Notes: a model not told the origin generated them from the letters alone. A stretch of 64,000 nucleotides of DNA from Azolla caroliniana (GCA_043228905.1 JBHGNT010000010.1:8742001-8806000); one strand, 5' to 3'. Numbered from the stretch's first letter, positions 1 to 13,501 are shown. Numbers and translations: made by a program.

Positions 1-964
1 AGCAAAAGGGTTATAAGTGCTATAACCCCCGGACAAAGCAGGTCCGAGTTAGTTGAGATGTCGAGTTCGATGAATCGACATCGTGGTACTCCTTACCGAC
101 TCCGACTTCCGAATTCGACCCGATGCCGAAGGATGAGGCCAGTGAGCCTGAACCGGCCCAGGTGGATGATGATGAAGCTTGGACTCAGGAATCGTTTTGG
201 TTGAGCGGGCCGAACGAGCGACTAGATCAATCTGACCATTCCGATGAGGAACCAACAAGTAGTAGAGACTCTGCTGTGCTCTCCCCGTGCAAGGAACCAA
301 GGAGACAGTTCACACGCAAAGAGAAGGGGAAGAAGAAGATATCGGAATTCGAAACCGGCAATGATGAGTCGGATCGGTGTGCATCCGACTCCAGCAAGGA
401 GAAAGGCGGACCTTTGGCAACGAAGACCGAAATGGCCAAGAAAGGCCTTAAACTGGGTAACGGTGAGTTACGCTGGTCCACCCGCCAGAAGGATCCCGTC
501 AAGTGGTACGGGTACAATGAGTACATGGCGCATCACTATGTGTACATGACTAAGGTGGCGGAAGTCCGTGAGCCGGAGAGCTACACAAAAGCGGCCAAGG
601 ACGCAAATTGGCGTGCCGCTATGGAGGAAGAAATGCGGGCACTTGATGTCAACGAGACATGGGACCTAGTTGACCCTCCCTGTCAATGTAAACCGATCAG
701 ATGCAAGTGGGTGTACAAGATAAAATACAATGCCGACGGTTCAGTTAACCGGTACAAGGCCCGGTTAGTGGCGAAGGGATACGCATAGACCCACGGAATC
801 AACTACGACGAGACCTTTGGTGCGTGCAACGGATACTGTGATATGTAAGCGGCACGAAGGACCGGGGACTGTTATACCGACGAGGTATAACCGCTGACCT
901 AGTCGGTTACACAGATGCTGACTGGGCCGGCGAAACGTCGGATCGCAGATCCACTTCCGGTTAC

Positions 965-1654
965 ATGTTTTCTCTAGGGAGCACAACTATTGCGTGGAGC
1001 AGCAAAAAGCAGCCAACAGTGGCTCTATCAAGCACTGAGGCTGAGTACCAGGGCGCTACCATTGCCACCTGCGAAGCCATTTGGCTTTGGCGACTGCTGC
1101 GAGACTTGCGGATCGAGGTACCAACCCCGATCCCGATTTATTGTGATAACATCAGCAGCATGCAGCTCGCTAAGAACCCTGTGTTCCATGCTCGCATGAA
1201 GCACATAGAAGTGCATTATCACTTTGTGCGTGAGCGGGTCTTGAGCGGTGAAGTTGAACTACGGTATGTTCACACGTATCGTCAAGTTGCCGACATCTTC
1301 ACCAAGTCGCTCGGATCGGACCAGTTGCAGCACTTTACCGACATGCTTGGTGTTCAGCATCTCAACGTGCCACACTTGAGCGGGAGAACGGGCAAAGACA
1401 CCGGAACGGGCAAAGGCAAAGAGACTGCCGATTGCGCCGGTGAGGGAAGAACAGAAGGCGGCAGAGTCAAGAAGGACAGAGCCGACCGAAGGAAGAAGGC
1501 CAAGACCCGGACATGGTCCGATGTGGTAATAGGCTTGGAACCAGAAGACGAATTGGGAGCAACCGATTCAGACAAGAGCTGGAACGAATCGGAGACAATC
1601 GATTCGGTTCAACAGATAGATTCGGAAGAACCGGATCAATTCAAGGCCAAGTAG
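965..1654 (+). pseudogene. Copia RNase H followed by an in-frame charged C-terminal extension
   Basis: Copia RNase H motifs through ADIFTK; the frame continues past the usual end (..[15 protein letters not shown]..). Confidence 0.88.
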
Positions 1655-1930
1655 ACATGGATGCAACGAAAGTCGATGCCATCGCAGAGGAACCAACGAA
1701 TCGATAAGCGTCGTAGTCATAGCAATGAAGGAGCTGAGTGGGGCCTATTGAGCAGACATACCGACTGAGAAGGTCGAGGGGCGTAGAACAAGAGGGGTCG
1801 CAGCAAACAGAACCGGACCGGACGAGGAGCGCGAGCAAGGCGGAGCGACGCCAGAAGAAGTTGGTTGGAAGAACCGATTGCCACAGAGGCTGACACTAGG
1901 ATCCAACCTCAAGTTGAGCTTGAGGGGGAG

Positions 1931-2323
1931 TGTTGAAGCGGCAAGCTCAATTGGAGCCGGATCGGCTGGATAAGCTTGAGCCGGCAAGCGAGACGGATCG
2001 GTAAGCTGTGAGCAACCGAGCCAGTGAGCTGGGGAGCCGGTTAGCCGGACCCAATCGGTAACCGGAAGCCTAGTATTAGTTTAGACTACTAGGCAATTAT
2101 AGTCTCGTAGTAAGTGTTAGAAGCTTGTGTGAGCATTAAAGTACGCGGTACTTGTGTCAGTCCCATGGGGACTTGTATAAATAGTGCTACTGAGCACAGT
2201 TGTAGTTACAGAGTGTTTTATATATTTTTGAATATAGCTTTGAGGTTCTGCTCTCTCTCTGTCTCTCCCGTGTACTTTGTTTATTCTCTACTTTCTCTGT
2301 TTTCTAACGCTTCCGCAATCACA
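1931..2323 (+). repeat. 3' LTR of Copia A1
   Basis: Starts tgttgaagcggcaagctcaa right after the PPT and ends cttccgcaatcaca; both ends resemble the LTRs at 54894/59655 and the solo LTR at 49568-50018. Confidence 0.85.
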
Positions 2324-2982
2324 TGTCTTGTAATAATGAAAATCTACGAGCCATCATATGCTTAGATAAGTTCAATACACCAGCCCCCCCCAAGCGCTTA
2401 GGAATTGCTCGATGATTCCATGCAACCCAAGTGATTCCCATCTTATCCCTTTTCTTCCACAACAAATTTCGAAGAGGTTGCAAAATAGAATGCAAAGCCT
2501 TCTTTGTCCACGACAGCAATGGCAAGTAATATAATATCATAGGTTCCATAATACATTGTACAACCTTCAAACATACATGAAATGGCCAAGATTGTGATTT
2601 CCAATACATGAACTTATCCCTCAACTTACTAGACATACATTTAATGAATTGAGCATTTGTAACATTCATTCCTAATGGATAACCCAAGTGTCGAAAAATA
2701 GAGCCTTTCTTCACCACGGATCCTTGCCATCCTAAACATTCCAAATCCCTTTCAGTACATGATATGAGACTAGACTTTCTCCAATTAATATGTAATCCGG
2801 AAGCCAATGCAAATTGGTTCCATACAAGCATTCCCTTTTCAAGATTTTCTCACGAGGCTTGTAGAAACATGAAACAATCATCAGCCAAAGCTTGTGCATC
2901 TAGTTGCCCTCCAGACGGAAGGTGTAGACCCACAATATCACCATTTGTTGCAAGCATAGCATCACTAACAAGGAATGAGTAA
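2324..2982 (-). mobile_element. L1-clade LINE ORF2 fragment (RT C-terminal part)
   Basis: Minus frame reads ..QALADDCFMF..FALASGLHINWRKS..FRHLGYPLG..WVAWN..PKRLGGAGV, typical of plant L1 RT domains 5-7 and beyond. Confidence 0.88.
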
Positions 2983-3301
2983 TGTTGTAGGTTTTAGGGT
3001 TAGGGTAAAGGATGAGGATGAATGGTAATGGTGTAATAATGAAAATGATGGAGAGTATGATGGTGAGAGAGATGATGAAGATGTTGACAAGCATTGAGAA
3101 GCATTGTGGGGTGGGGGGTGGTGCCTAGAATGGCTCCACCCCCCTCCCAAGGGGGTTCAACGTTAAGGGAGAGAGAGAGAGAGAGAAATGATCATTGTAT
3201 TCATTCATTCCCCATAAGGGGTTAAATAGGTACAAAGGGGTAGATACACGAGGGTGCAAGCCCCCTTGGCATTCAGACCTAGTCACTACTCACACCTCTT
3301 T
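2983..3301 (+). repeat. Truncated LTR (family T2), inverted relative to the copy at 21091-21613
   Basis: Starts tgttgtaggttttagggttaggg and aligns with the reverse complement of about 21220-21613; breaks off abruptly at 3301. Confidence 0.85.
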
Positions 3302-4786
3302 GGAAAGGATAACGCCATGGTCGACATGCTTTCGAGAGCGAGGTTCAACGACGAAGACAACATGGTTTTAGATGACGAAGAAGTCGGCGAGGACTTCTTC
3401 GGGTAGGCTAACGTGACAACGAGGAAAGGGGACACTCTGGGGCTTAACGAATTTGACAAAAGTAGGTACGACGGGGAGTGGCTCCAAATCGGGAGGTTCG
3501 TACGAGCGATGATGCCGGACGCTGCGTGGACGAGAGAAGAGGCGAGCCAGGTACGGAAGAAGGCGTACCGATTCTTCCTACGGGACGGGTGCATATGGAG
3601 GCACCCAAAGAAAAGAAACGGCATCCCGCTCCGAGTAGTGGCAAAGAAAGAAGAACAAGAGGAACTACTGGCGGCATTTCACGAGAGTCCCTGGGCCGGG
3701 CACCGCGGAACGTGGGCCACATTCGAGAAGTTGAAGGAGAAGTACTGGTGGCCGGGGCTATACCGGGACGACTTGTGAATGCTGTCAGATGCACTCCGTA
3801 GTCCGACATCGGGACGAGCTACACCCGACCTACCCGCCTACAGTCCATTTTAAGTGGATGGTGGACTTGGTGACAATGCCGATGGGAGTAGGACAGATGC
3901 GATACCTGGTGCTTGCGCGAGAAGATTTAACGAACCAGGTGGAAGGCCGTGCACTGTAGAACAAGACAACCGCGGTGGTATGCCGGTTCTTGATAGAAGA
4001 GGTAGTGTGTCGGTACGGGTGCGTCGGGAAGATCATGGCGGACCGGGGAGAGCTGGATGCGCAGGAGGTTGAGGAGTTGTTCGACTAGCTAGGGGTCAAA
4101 CTCTCCCTCACTACGGCGTACAATCCGGAGGCGAACGGGAAGGTAGAACGTGGGCACGGCCGATTGTAAAGGCATTGGTGCGTGCATGCAGAGGGCAGGT
4201 CGGGAATTGGCTGCGGCTCCTTCCTTACGCACTATGGGCGGACCGAACTACGCACAGTTCGGTGACAGGGTTTATGCCGACAGAGTTGATGTATGGACAG
4301 AAGCCGATCATGCCGGTGGAATGGACGGTTTCTTCGTGGGCGGCGGTAGATTGGAAGTACGAGATGAGCCGGGAGGAGTTGCTGGCAGCGTGGATTCGGC
4401 AACTCGAGTGGAGGCCGGAGGACAAGAAACGGGCGAAGGAAAAGTTGCGGGCGGCAAGGGAGCGTAACAAGACCCGGTTCAACCGGATGCACTGGTTGCG
4501 ACCAGGGAAGGTCTTGGTATATGACAGCAGCCTCAACAATCAGCACAAGGCGGTGCGAAAGTTCGCAAGGAGATGGTTCGGGCCCTACACGGTGACGAGC
4601 GCGAATGACAACGACACGTACTACCTAGCGGAACTCGACGGGACACGGTTAGTGGTACCAGTGGCCGGGAAGCAGATCAAAGCGTTCAAGAAGCGGTTCG
4701 AGGATGAGCCGGACCCGGACGACGTGGACGAGAGCGACGACGACGATCAGGTCGAGCCCGGTGAAGAATCGGAGAGCGACGAGTGA
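3302..4786 (+). pseudogene. Gypsy integrase, disrupted
   Basis: H(x6)H zinc-binding motif (HESPWAGHRG), TTAYNPEANGKVERGH, GPY motif (WFGPY), acidic tail, no chromodomain; stops and frameshifts present. Confidence 0.88.
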
Positions 4787-5456
4787 AGCCGGTTTTCTTC
4801 GGTATCTACCCGTCTCTGGTGCATGCTGGTGGATGCGCGGTTTGGTGGGGGTGGATGTCGTGAAGAAAACCGGCCATAGGCGGAATCAGAGAAAAAGGCG
4901 CATGAACCGGCTCTTACATGGGTGGACATGAGAATTGATATTTTGTACATAATTCATAATTAGGTCGGCTGATGTAAATACTAGGTAGTACGCATTTATT
5001 AGGGAATTTTTGCGTATCGCTGTCGAAAGGGACAGGGAATAAAGAGATTTCACTAGGGAAGAAGGGTCTCCCCTTTTGTGAACTATTTAAGGAGGGAGAG
5101 AAGGAATAAAAGGTATCGCGCATTGGCGAGGACGAAGTGCAACTGCAGAACCGAAGGCCGAGCTCTCTCTCCTCCGATCGTCGTTCTCTGTGGGTGTCGG
5201 GAGTTCGCTGCCTCTACTTCGTGGACAGCCCGTGTGCTTCCAACAGAGGCTCTCTCTCTCTCTCTCTCTCTCTCCCCCCCCCCCCCTTTTTTTGTTTCTT
5301 CGAGTCGAGTCGCGTTGTTTGTGTGCGTGAGTAGGACCCCGTGTCTCCATTACCGGTTTGCCAGTTGTAACCGTTGGAGTTGTAAGCTACTAATTATAGG
5401 AATCGGATTCCTGTTTCTTGCTCTTATTTTCTTTCTGTGTATCTCTCTCTCTCTCT

Positions 5457-6174
5457 TGACAGGAACACACGCTCCCGATGAACAACGCTCGGCCACAACC
5501 GAGCCTAGGATAAAACACAGAAAGCGGATAATGATCGCACGACACAGTGAAGAGAAGAGTACACAGGATGTTAACTTGGAAAACCCAAACTAGGGAAAAA
5601 CCACGGTAGCCCACAGACTGCAAACTATCACTATATCAGAATGTACAATAGTAGAGCACGGAGGCGACGACCTCGAGCTTGCTATCTTCGCCACAAGCAG
5701 CGGTTTCAAAAGAGGCAAGGACCTCTTCTTCTCTCTCTCTATCTCTCTGTACACAGTTACGCGCTCTAATCTTGCGCCAACAAGAATGACAACAACATCT
5801 TACTCTAAGTCTACCCTAAGTCATATTTATACTAATATGAATTTTAGGCTATTTACAAATATAGCCCCGATGGACTCTCAGAAAACATATTTACAAATAT
5901 GTCCCTTCATCCAGTGAACACTTCTCACCGGGTCTGTATCATCCGGCGCTTGCCGGGTACTCCTCATCCGGTTCTCATTGGGTCTTTCGTAGCCGGGTAC
6001 TCCTCATCCGGTTCTCATCGGGTCTTCCGTAGCCGGGTACTCTTCATCCGGTTCTCACCGGCTCTTTAGTAGCGAGGTACTCCTCATCCGGTTCTAACCG
6101 GGTCTTCCGTAGCCGGGTATTCTTCATCCTGTTCTCACCGGGTCATCCCATCCGGAGGGACCTCTTTCCTAACA
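5457..6174 (-). repeat. 3' LTR of B1 containing a 40-bp tandem repeat
   Basis: Direct repeat of 15105-15742; unit agccgggtactcctcatccggttctcaccgggtcttccgt repeated at about 5950-6145. Confidence 0.95.
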
Positions 6175-6184
6175 AACTCCCCCT

Positions 6185-9100
6185 TCACTCCGGCATGGGA
6201 TGTCTTAGTAGTCCGACCCGCTTCCGACCTGCATCCAGCTTGTCAGGTGTCAGTACTTTGGTCAACATATCTAACCCGTTCTAGGCCGTGTGGATCTTCG
6301 TCAGTGCGAACTCCTGGTCATCTACTCTTTCCCGGATCCAGTGACACCTACACTGGATATGCTTCGTCCGGGAATCGTATGCCGCATTCTTAGCAAGGTG
6401 GATGGCACTTTGACTGTCGCAATAGAGCCGGTATTCATCTTGCCGGATACCGAGCTCTCCGATGAAGTCCTTCATCCATAATATTTCCTTGCCGGCTTCC
6501 ACAGCCGCCATGTACTCCGCCTCCGTGGTTGACAACGCAACCGTCTTCTACAGCCTCGACTGCCACGAAACAACTCCCCCTGCATATGTCATTATATACC
6601 CGGATGTAGACCGGCTGGTATCCACATCAACCGACATGTCCGAATCCGTAAAACCGTCAAGTTGAGGTTTACCGGAGCCGAATCGGAGACACATATTTGA
6701 AGTGCCCTTCAAGTATCGGAGTATCCATTTGACCGTGTTCCAGTGCTCCTTGCTGGGATTGCTCATAAACCGGCTCACCACTCCGACTGCGTATCCTATA
6801 TGCGGTCGGGTACACACCATTGCGTACATTAAGCTCCCGACGGCAGAGGCATATGCAACCTTCATCATATCCGCCTTCTCTGCTTTCGTCTTCGGGCTTT
6901 GCTTACCAGATAACCTGTAGTTTGCGGGAAGTGTCGATCCGACCGGTTTCGCATCTGAGATGTTGAACCGCAGAAGCACCTTTGTCACGTACTTCTCCTG
7001 TGACAGCCACAATTGCTTCATTCACCGGTTCCGGATAATATGCATCCCCAACATTTGTCTTGCCGGACCCAAGTCTTTCATTGAGAAGGTCCGGTTGAGA
7101 GCCTTCTTCAGCATCCGTATTCCGGCTTGGTTCCGTCCGACGATCAACATGTCGTCCACGTATAGAAGGAGTATCAGGAAGTTGCCTCCTTCGAACTTCT
7201 TCACAAACACACAGTGATCGGCCTACGTCTTGTGGTACTCTTGATCGGTCATGAAGGAGTCGAACTTCCGGTACCATTGTCGGGGAGCCTGCTTCAGTCT
7301 GTACAGGCTCTTCTTCAACCGGCAAACCAGTTGCTCCTTCCCTTTCTCCACGAATCCTTCCGGTTGCTGCTTGTAGATCTCCTCTTCGAGGTCTCAGTGA
7401 AGGAATGTTGTCTTCCCGTCTAGCTGCTCTACTATGAGGTCCATGCTTACCGCTATACTCAGCACCGTCCGGATGGAGGTCATCTTTATTACCGGGGCAA
7501 ATATCTCGTCGAAGTCCACGCCCTTCTTCTGCTGGAACCCCTTCACCACGATCATGGCTTTGTATCTCGGGGGGTTTCCGGCATCTCCCGGTTTCAAGTT
7601 GTACACCCACTTGTTTCGGACTGCCCGCTTTCCTTTCGGCAACTCCACCAATTCGTACGTATGGTTTTCATGCAGGGAATCCATCTCATCTTGCATGGCA
7701 CTTAACCATTTTCGGCTGTGGGTGTCATCCTTCGCTTCTTTGAAGCTTTCTGGTTTCCCCTCATCGGTTAGAAGCACATGCTCCGCATCCGGAAATATCC
7801 GGGGGGGCCTTCTCTCTCTGAGAGGATATCTCCGTCTTTGGGCTTCGGTAAATGGCTCCTCCATTTGCTCTTCATCCGAATCCGATTCGGGGTCTTGGCC
7901 GGTTCCGATTTCAGCTTCCTCTACTTCTTCTTCTGCTGGTTCGGTATCCTCACCGTAACCGGCTGGTTCCTCGAGTGCTAACCGATCTCTTTCCGGTTGG
8001 GTCTGCTCATCGTAGAATCGATCCTTCCAGTCGACTCGGAGTTTATTATCTTCTTCTCCGACTCCCAGTCGGCGAGCATCTTGTCCTCCATGAAGATAAT
8101 ATCTCGACTCCGGAATAACTTCTTGTCGACCAGGTCCCACACTCGGTAGCCGAACTCATCGTCGCCGTAACCGAGGAATATGCATGGCCGGGTCTTCGGA
8201 TCTAGTTTTCCTCTCCGGTCCTTAGCTACATGCACATACGCAAGACACTCGAATACCTTCAGATGCTGGTAGGACACTTCCTTACTGGTCCAAACTCTCT
8301 GTAGCGTGTCTCCGTCCAAGGGTACTGAGGGTGATTTGTTTATCACATATGTCGCCGTCCACAGTGCCTCAGCCCAAAACTTCTTGGGTAATTTTGCATG
8401 CACCAACATACTCTGGACCCTCTCCATTATGGTCTGGTTCATCCTCTCGGCCAGCCCGTTTAGTTCCGGCGTCTTCGGCACGATAAATTCAAGCCGGATT
8501 CCCTTCGAGCGATAGTACTCCTCAAACTGCCCCCGGTATTCACCTCCATTATATGCTAGAACCGCCTTCAGCTTCCGGCCGGTTTCTCTTTCCACTCTCG
8601 CGTGGAGCTCTTTGAAGACGGATAACACCTGATCCTTTGTCTTCAACGGTGTGGCCCACAGCTTCCGGCTGTGGTCATCTATGAATGTCACAAAGTACTG
8701 CGATCCGGCATGTGACTTCGTGTCCACTTGACATACATCAGTATGCACCAACTCCAGTGGTGCATTACGTCTCATCGGTGGCCTCGATCGGAAGGAGGTT
8801 CGGTTTCTTTTACTGGCCAAACAATCAGTGCACTTCTCCAAGTGCATGTTCTTCACTGGAATGAGGTTGTCGTCTGCAAGCCTCTTCATCCCCTTCTCGC
8901 TCATGTGACACAGCCTCTTGTGCCACAACTCACCCGTAGTGTAAAAAGCCATGTTCACTTCTTCCAGGCATAATCGGGCATTCATCAGGTACATCGTGTC
9001 TACCTTCCGGGCTCGAGCCACAATCAGGCTCCCTTTGCTGAACTTCATAACACCGTTCCGGATGCTACCCATGTAGCCTTCATCATCTAGCCGACCGGCT

Positions 9101-9433
9101 GATATTAGGTTCAGACGAACCTCCGGAACATGTCGGACATCTTTCGGCAACAGCTTGCATCCGGTTGGTGTTGTTAACCACACGTCTCCTATGCCGACAA
9201 TTCGGCATGTAGCTTGATTCCCCATCCGGACACATCCGTGAGCATGGCTGAGTAGGATGAGAAGCATTTCCGGTCCGGGGTAATGTGGAACGACGCTCCG
9301 GAGTCGACCACCCAGGTCATCTCGTCGCCGGCAAGGTTTAGCTCACTCTCCTCGGTGATGAGCATCAACTCTTCTTCACTTGCCGCGATTGCCGTTGTTC
9401 CCTTCCGGTCCAGCCCCCTCCGGTCTTTACCGT
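6185..9433 (-). pseudogene. Copia pol (PR, GAG-pre-integrase, INT, RT, RNase H), disrupted
   Basis: WVVDSGASFH, LELVHTDV, TPELNGLAER, YVDDML, TEAEYMA motifs; several stops and frameshifts. Confidence 0.95.
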
Positions 9434-9559
9434 TGTCGCGTTATTACGCGCGTGCGTGGAGAAAGGCGGGACCACGGGGGTCTTGGACTAGGGAGTGATG
9501 GAGCGTGGGAAGTCGTGCTTCACCGTTTCCGGGGCATCCCAGAAGCACCCCTGAAGCAA

Positions 9560-9617
<58 letters not shown>

Positions 9618-9743
9618 ACACCGACTCACGCACACACACACACACACATGCCGACCCGACTCACGCCCTCATGTACAGGAAACGTAGGAAAGGGGGAGCA
9701 CTCGACACCAACGGAGACGCGAATATACACAGACAGGCGCAAC

Positions 9744-9778
<35 letters not shown>

Positions 9779-12700
9779 TTAAGAATACATTCCCGGCTTC
9801 GAGCCGTTCCAAGGTAGGTTACAGTAGTCGTCAGCTGCCAAGCCGCCGTCGGGGAGCTCACGGGCTCGTCGCGCCGAGCGGGGTCTTGCGTAGGAGATGA
9901 GCTGAAGCAAACCCTAAGCGAACACGAAGGAGAAGACGAAGAAGAAGAAGAAGGCACTAACTCTAAACCTAACGGTATACCCTCTAATGCAAAATGGGCA
10001 ACCCCTTTCACAAAGGGCGTTCCCTTCCTTTTATAGAACAAGGACAGGGATGCGTTACAATGTGGGATAAACCCCGACTTACATGGGAAGGTCTGTCCCA
10101 ACTTGACTACTCTTCGGCGCGATAAAGGCGCCCTCGATATTCACACTAAATGTACATGGGTGCATACACATGCTGCACCCCGCCGATGTAGCCAGTGTTT
10201 CCCGATTTCCGCCTCTGGCCGAAATTCTTCACGACATCCGCCCCCACCTAACCGCACATCCACCGGTATGTGCCAAGTCCGGTTAAAGGGTGAGAGATTT
10301 CGGCCGGTGAGAAACCGGTCTTCCGTGATCCGCATCCCGGCTCGTTGCTGATTTGATTCGTCAGCTTCGATTCTTCCTTCGCGCTTGCTTCCCCGTAGGC
10401 TCGTTCGACCCGTCGATGGGTCCTCTACCGTGATCTCCGTAGTACGCGTACTTCCGCTGGCCCTTGTTTGGCCGTATGAACGCCCTGCTTCCCGCCATAT
10501 GCCCGATGTCCTCCGCTTGAGGCATGCTCGTAGTGGCCCGCTTGGCCTCCGTTGTCCAATCGTGATGTCCCGATGGTCGACCCATGTTGTTTCGCGTCAC
10601 CCTCATCCTCTCGCTGCCACCTTCCTTCTCCATGGTGTTACATCGCCGCGTCGGCTCGAACCGCCATGGTCTCCAGAACAGTGTGGGGATCCCTTTCCGG
10701 TCTTCGTGCTGCAGCAACAGGTCCCGAGTCTTCCGTTTTCCGTCATCCCCTGGCCCCACCAGCTTGTCATCCTGGCTTGCCGTGTCAGTCTTCGCTACTT
10801 CGACAGAGCTACCGAGATCTATGAAGCGAGTGTGGAGGATCCTCCTCCGGCCTCTCTTGCCATCCCCCGACTTCGACCCTGTGCAGCCTACTAGGCACTT
10901 GTCACCTCGTTACCGGCACCTCTCTTGTGCTGTCGTTCGCTTCCTTTGCTTGGCACCACCCATGCCGAACACCGTCCCGTAGTCACGCTTCGATCCAGCC
11001 CGCGATGGCCATTTGCGAGACTCTTGTTCTATTCCAGGTGTGCCTTTCCGGCCTGACACACCTCCACGTGTTTGCCCCTACCGGCTCCTTCCAAAACCTT
11101 GTGTTGTCGGGTCTCGTTCCCTGCCGCCACCAACCTTCTCTCTCAGTCTCTTGTTGCCACGTTGGCCAAACTACCGGAGTCTCCGGATCGGTGTGAGGGT
11201 CCCATAGGACCAGACTCCGTTTCTATGCTCGCCGAAATTTGGGTGCCTTTTGTTTGAGTCCCTCCCGGACTCTCCTCGTGTCTTCTGCGTAGCCAGGTCC
11301 CATTTTCCTGCCACCACCTTCCTTCTCCCTCGGTCTTACGTTGCCACGTTGGCCGAACAGCCGGGGTCTCCGGAACCGGTGTGGGGATCCCGTAGGACCG
11401 GACTTCCTTATGCCCATAGCCTTCGTCACCTCGCCGCCACCGTCAGTATCTTGGTCTTACGTCGACCGCGTTGCCGACTGCCGAAGTCTCTAGAACCGGT
11501 GTGAAGGATCCTCCATAGACCTCCGATCCGTAGCCCTTGCCTTCGTCACCTCGTTGCCACCGTCAGTATCTTGGTCTTACGTCGACCGCGTTGCCGACTG
11601 CCGAAATCTCTAGAACCGGTGTGAAGGATCCTTCGTAGGCCGCCCATTTGTCTTCCCGACCCTGTCCCAGGTCGTCCTTTTCCGCATGCCGAGAGGGCGG
11701 TTTACTCCGCACCCTCTCCGTGGTACCAACGTACCATGTCCTCGGCCTCTTCGTAGGCCTCCTCTCTTCCTCCCTCGCGGAATGGTCATCTGGGAGTCTG
11801 TTCCGCCCGGTTCTCGTCCGGGTTCGTTCATCCTTCTCCGGATTGCCGAGTCTCGTTCTCCTATCGCCACCGATCTCTCTTATAGGACTCACGCCGGCAC
11901 TCGGGCCTGCAGCCGGATCGGTGTAAGGAATCTCATAGGACCGACTTTCATTCTCCTTCCAAATCTCGACCTTCGCCCAGTCGGTCTTCCTCCGCATGTA
12001 AAAGAGGGCGGCTCATCCCGCACCCTCTCCCGTATCGGCACCTTCATGCTGAATCCTGCCCCGATCGAACGATCCACGACCGGATTCTGCTCCATACGTA
12101 TCGGAATGCCGATCTCCTCGTGCCGCGTCCGTCCTAGGCCTCCTCGGAGGCCGTTTCCCATCCGTCTTCTCTGGCATCGTGCCAGGACTCCTCGGTACCG
12201 CCATCCATCTCCTCGGTCTTACATGGGCATACGGGCCCGAATGCCGAGTTCTCCGGAATCGGGTTCGAGGGCTTTAGTCTGCTCCTTCCGCATATCGTCT
12301 CACTGGTGATTCTTGGTCTATTGCCGCCGCCTTCCTCCGCTTGGGACTCACGTGGGCACTCGGGCCCAACTGCCATCGTCTCGGGAGCAAGTGTGGGAAG
12401 ACACAAAGAATCGCCTGTCCGTTTTACGCCCTTGTCCGTAGCCACCGACTCTTCGTGGTCGGCAATCGTCTTCTTACCGATCACGCAAGCCCTGCCTGGG
12501 CTTGTCTCTCCGATGACCAGGATCTTGGGCTGACCCGTCCGAAACCACTGGTCCAAACGTTCCGATTCTGCGATCGGTATCTCGGCCTCGTCCTTGGCCG
12601 CTCTATCTCTGCAAGTCGAGAGGGTGTTTCGTTCCGCACCCTCTCCCGTGGTACCGTGGTACCGATCTTCCGCCGTCGCGTGGGGCAAGTCCGTCTCCTT

Positions 12701-12871
12701 AGTCTTGGCTTGCGGCCTCCGTCTTTCCTCTTCCTTGGGCATCGCCTCGAGAGCTGCGTACGCCTCCGCAATCCTGGCCCCAATGCCGACCCTTGCCGAC
12801 ACTCTTTGCCGTTCGGCCCCTTCCCGCTGTGACGGCACGCCGTCGCGTACCTTCCTCTTAGCCTTTTCGGC

Positions 12872-13483
12872 TCACTTGTTGTCTAGCCGTTGGCACACCC
12901 TTCCGACCTTCGACCAGTCCTCCGTAAGCGCATTCGCTCCATCATCGTCTTCGAGCTCAATCCCGATGGCTTCCCATTCCGCTCGGTCGATCGACCTAAC
13001 GAACAATAGGACCTTGTCCGCCCCCACCAAACCTTGTTCCCGTTCCGGGAGCCGAGCAAGCCTTCGCTCGAACTCTCGGAACGCCTTCGTTGCACCCCGG
13101 TGGGTCTTTGCCGATGCTACCCATTGGTCAAAGTCATGCCGTCCCCGGCTCTTCCGCCGTCCTCCGTATGCCTTCAGGAGCGCCTCTTCGAAGGCCTCCC
13201 ACGAACCATGAGCCTCACGGAGCTCCTTTACTTCCGTATGCATCCGGACAGCCACGACCCGGTAGAAGAACTCCAGCCTCAGCGCCTCATCTATGCCACG
13301 CTCCTCCATTTCTACGTTGTAGGCTTCCAAGTAAGATGGGACTTTGTCCCCGTTGAAACGGCCGACTCTTTCAACCACTCGCTCAACCGCTTGTTGCGCT
13401 GCTTCTCGCCTCATCACCACTCGTGCTGACTCCAACACCCCTTCGGACACCATCTCCGCAAGGTCGACGTCTTCCGACTCCAT
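12872..13483 (-). CDS. Gag-like protein of G2
   Basis: 203-aa ORF starting just after the PBS; GRFNGDKVPSYLEAY..SWEAFEEALLKAY resembles a retrotransposon capsid N-terminus. Confidence 0.7.
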   Translation of the reverse strand: MESEDVDLAEMVSEGVLESARVVMRREAAQQAVERVVERVGRFNGDKVPSYLEAYNVEMEERGIDEALRLEFFYRVVAVRMHTEVKELREAHGSWEAFEEALLKAYGGRRKSRGRHDFDQWVASAKTHRGATKAFREFERRLARLPEREQGLVGADKVLLFVRSIDRAEWEAIGIELEDDDGANALTEDWSKVGRVCQRLDNK

Positions 13484-13501
13484 CCTCCCTTGCCGCCTAT
13501 T

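Larger units (their letters stand above)
1..2323 (+). mobile_element. Ty1/Copia LTR retrotransposon (family A, copy A1), 3' part, decayed
   Basis: Integrase tail and RT start ([22 protein letters not shown]...KWVYKIK...[10 protein letters not shown]), RNase H ([18 protein letters not shown]...YCDN...KHIEVHYHF), PPT tgagggggag 1921-1930, then LTR. Most of RT is deleted near 820. Confidence 0.93.

Noticed and set aside
2992-3006. Interstitial telomere (ttttagggttagggt; also about 21588-21604)
   Set aside because: Only two units, and they are part of the LTR start.
5950-6145. CRISPR-like array
   Set aside because: Head-to-tail 40-bp units with no unique spacers, inside an LTR, in a eukaryotic context with no cas genes.
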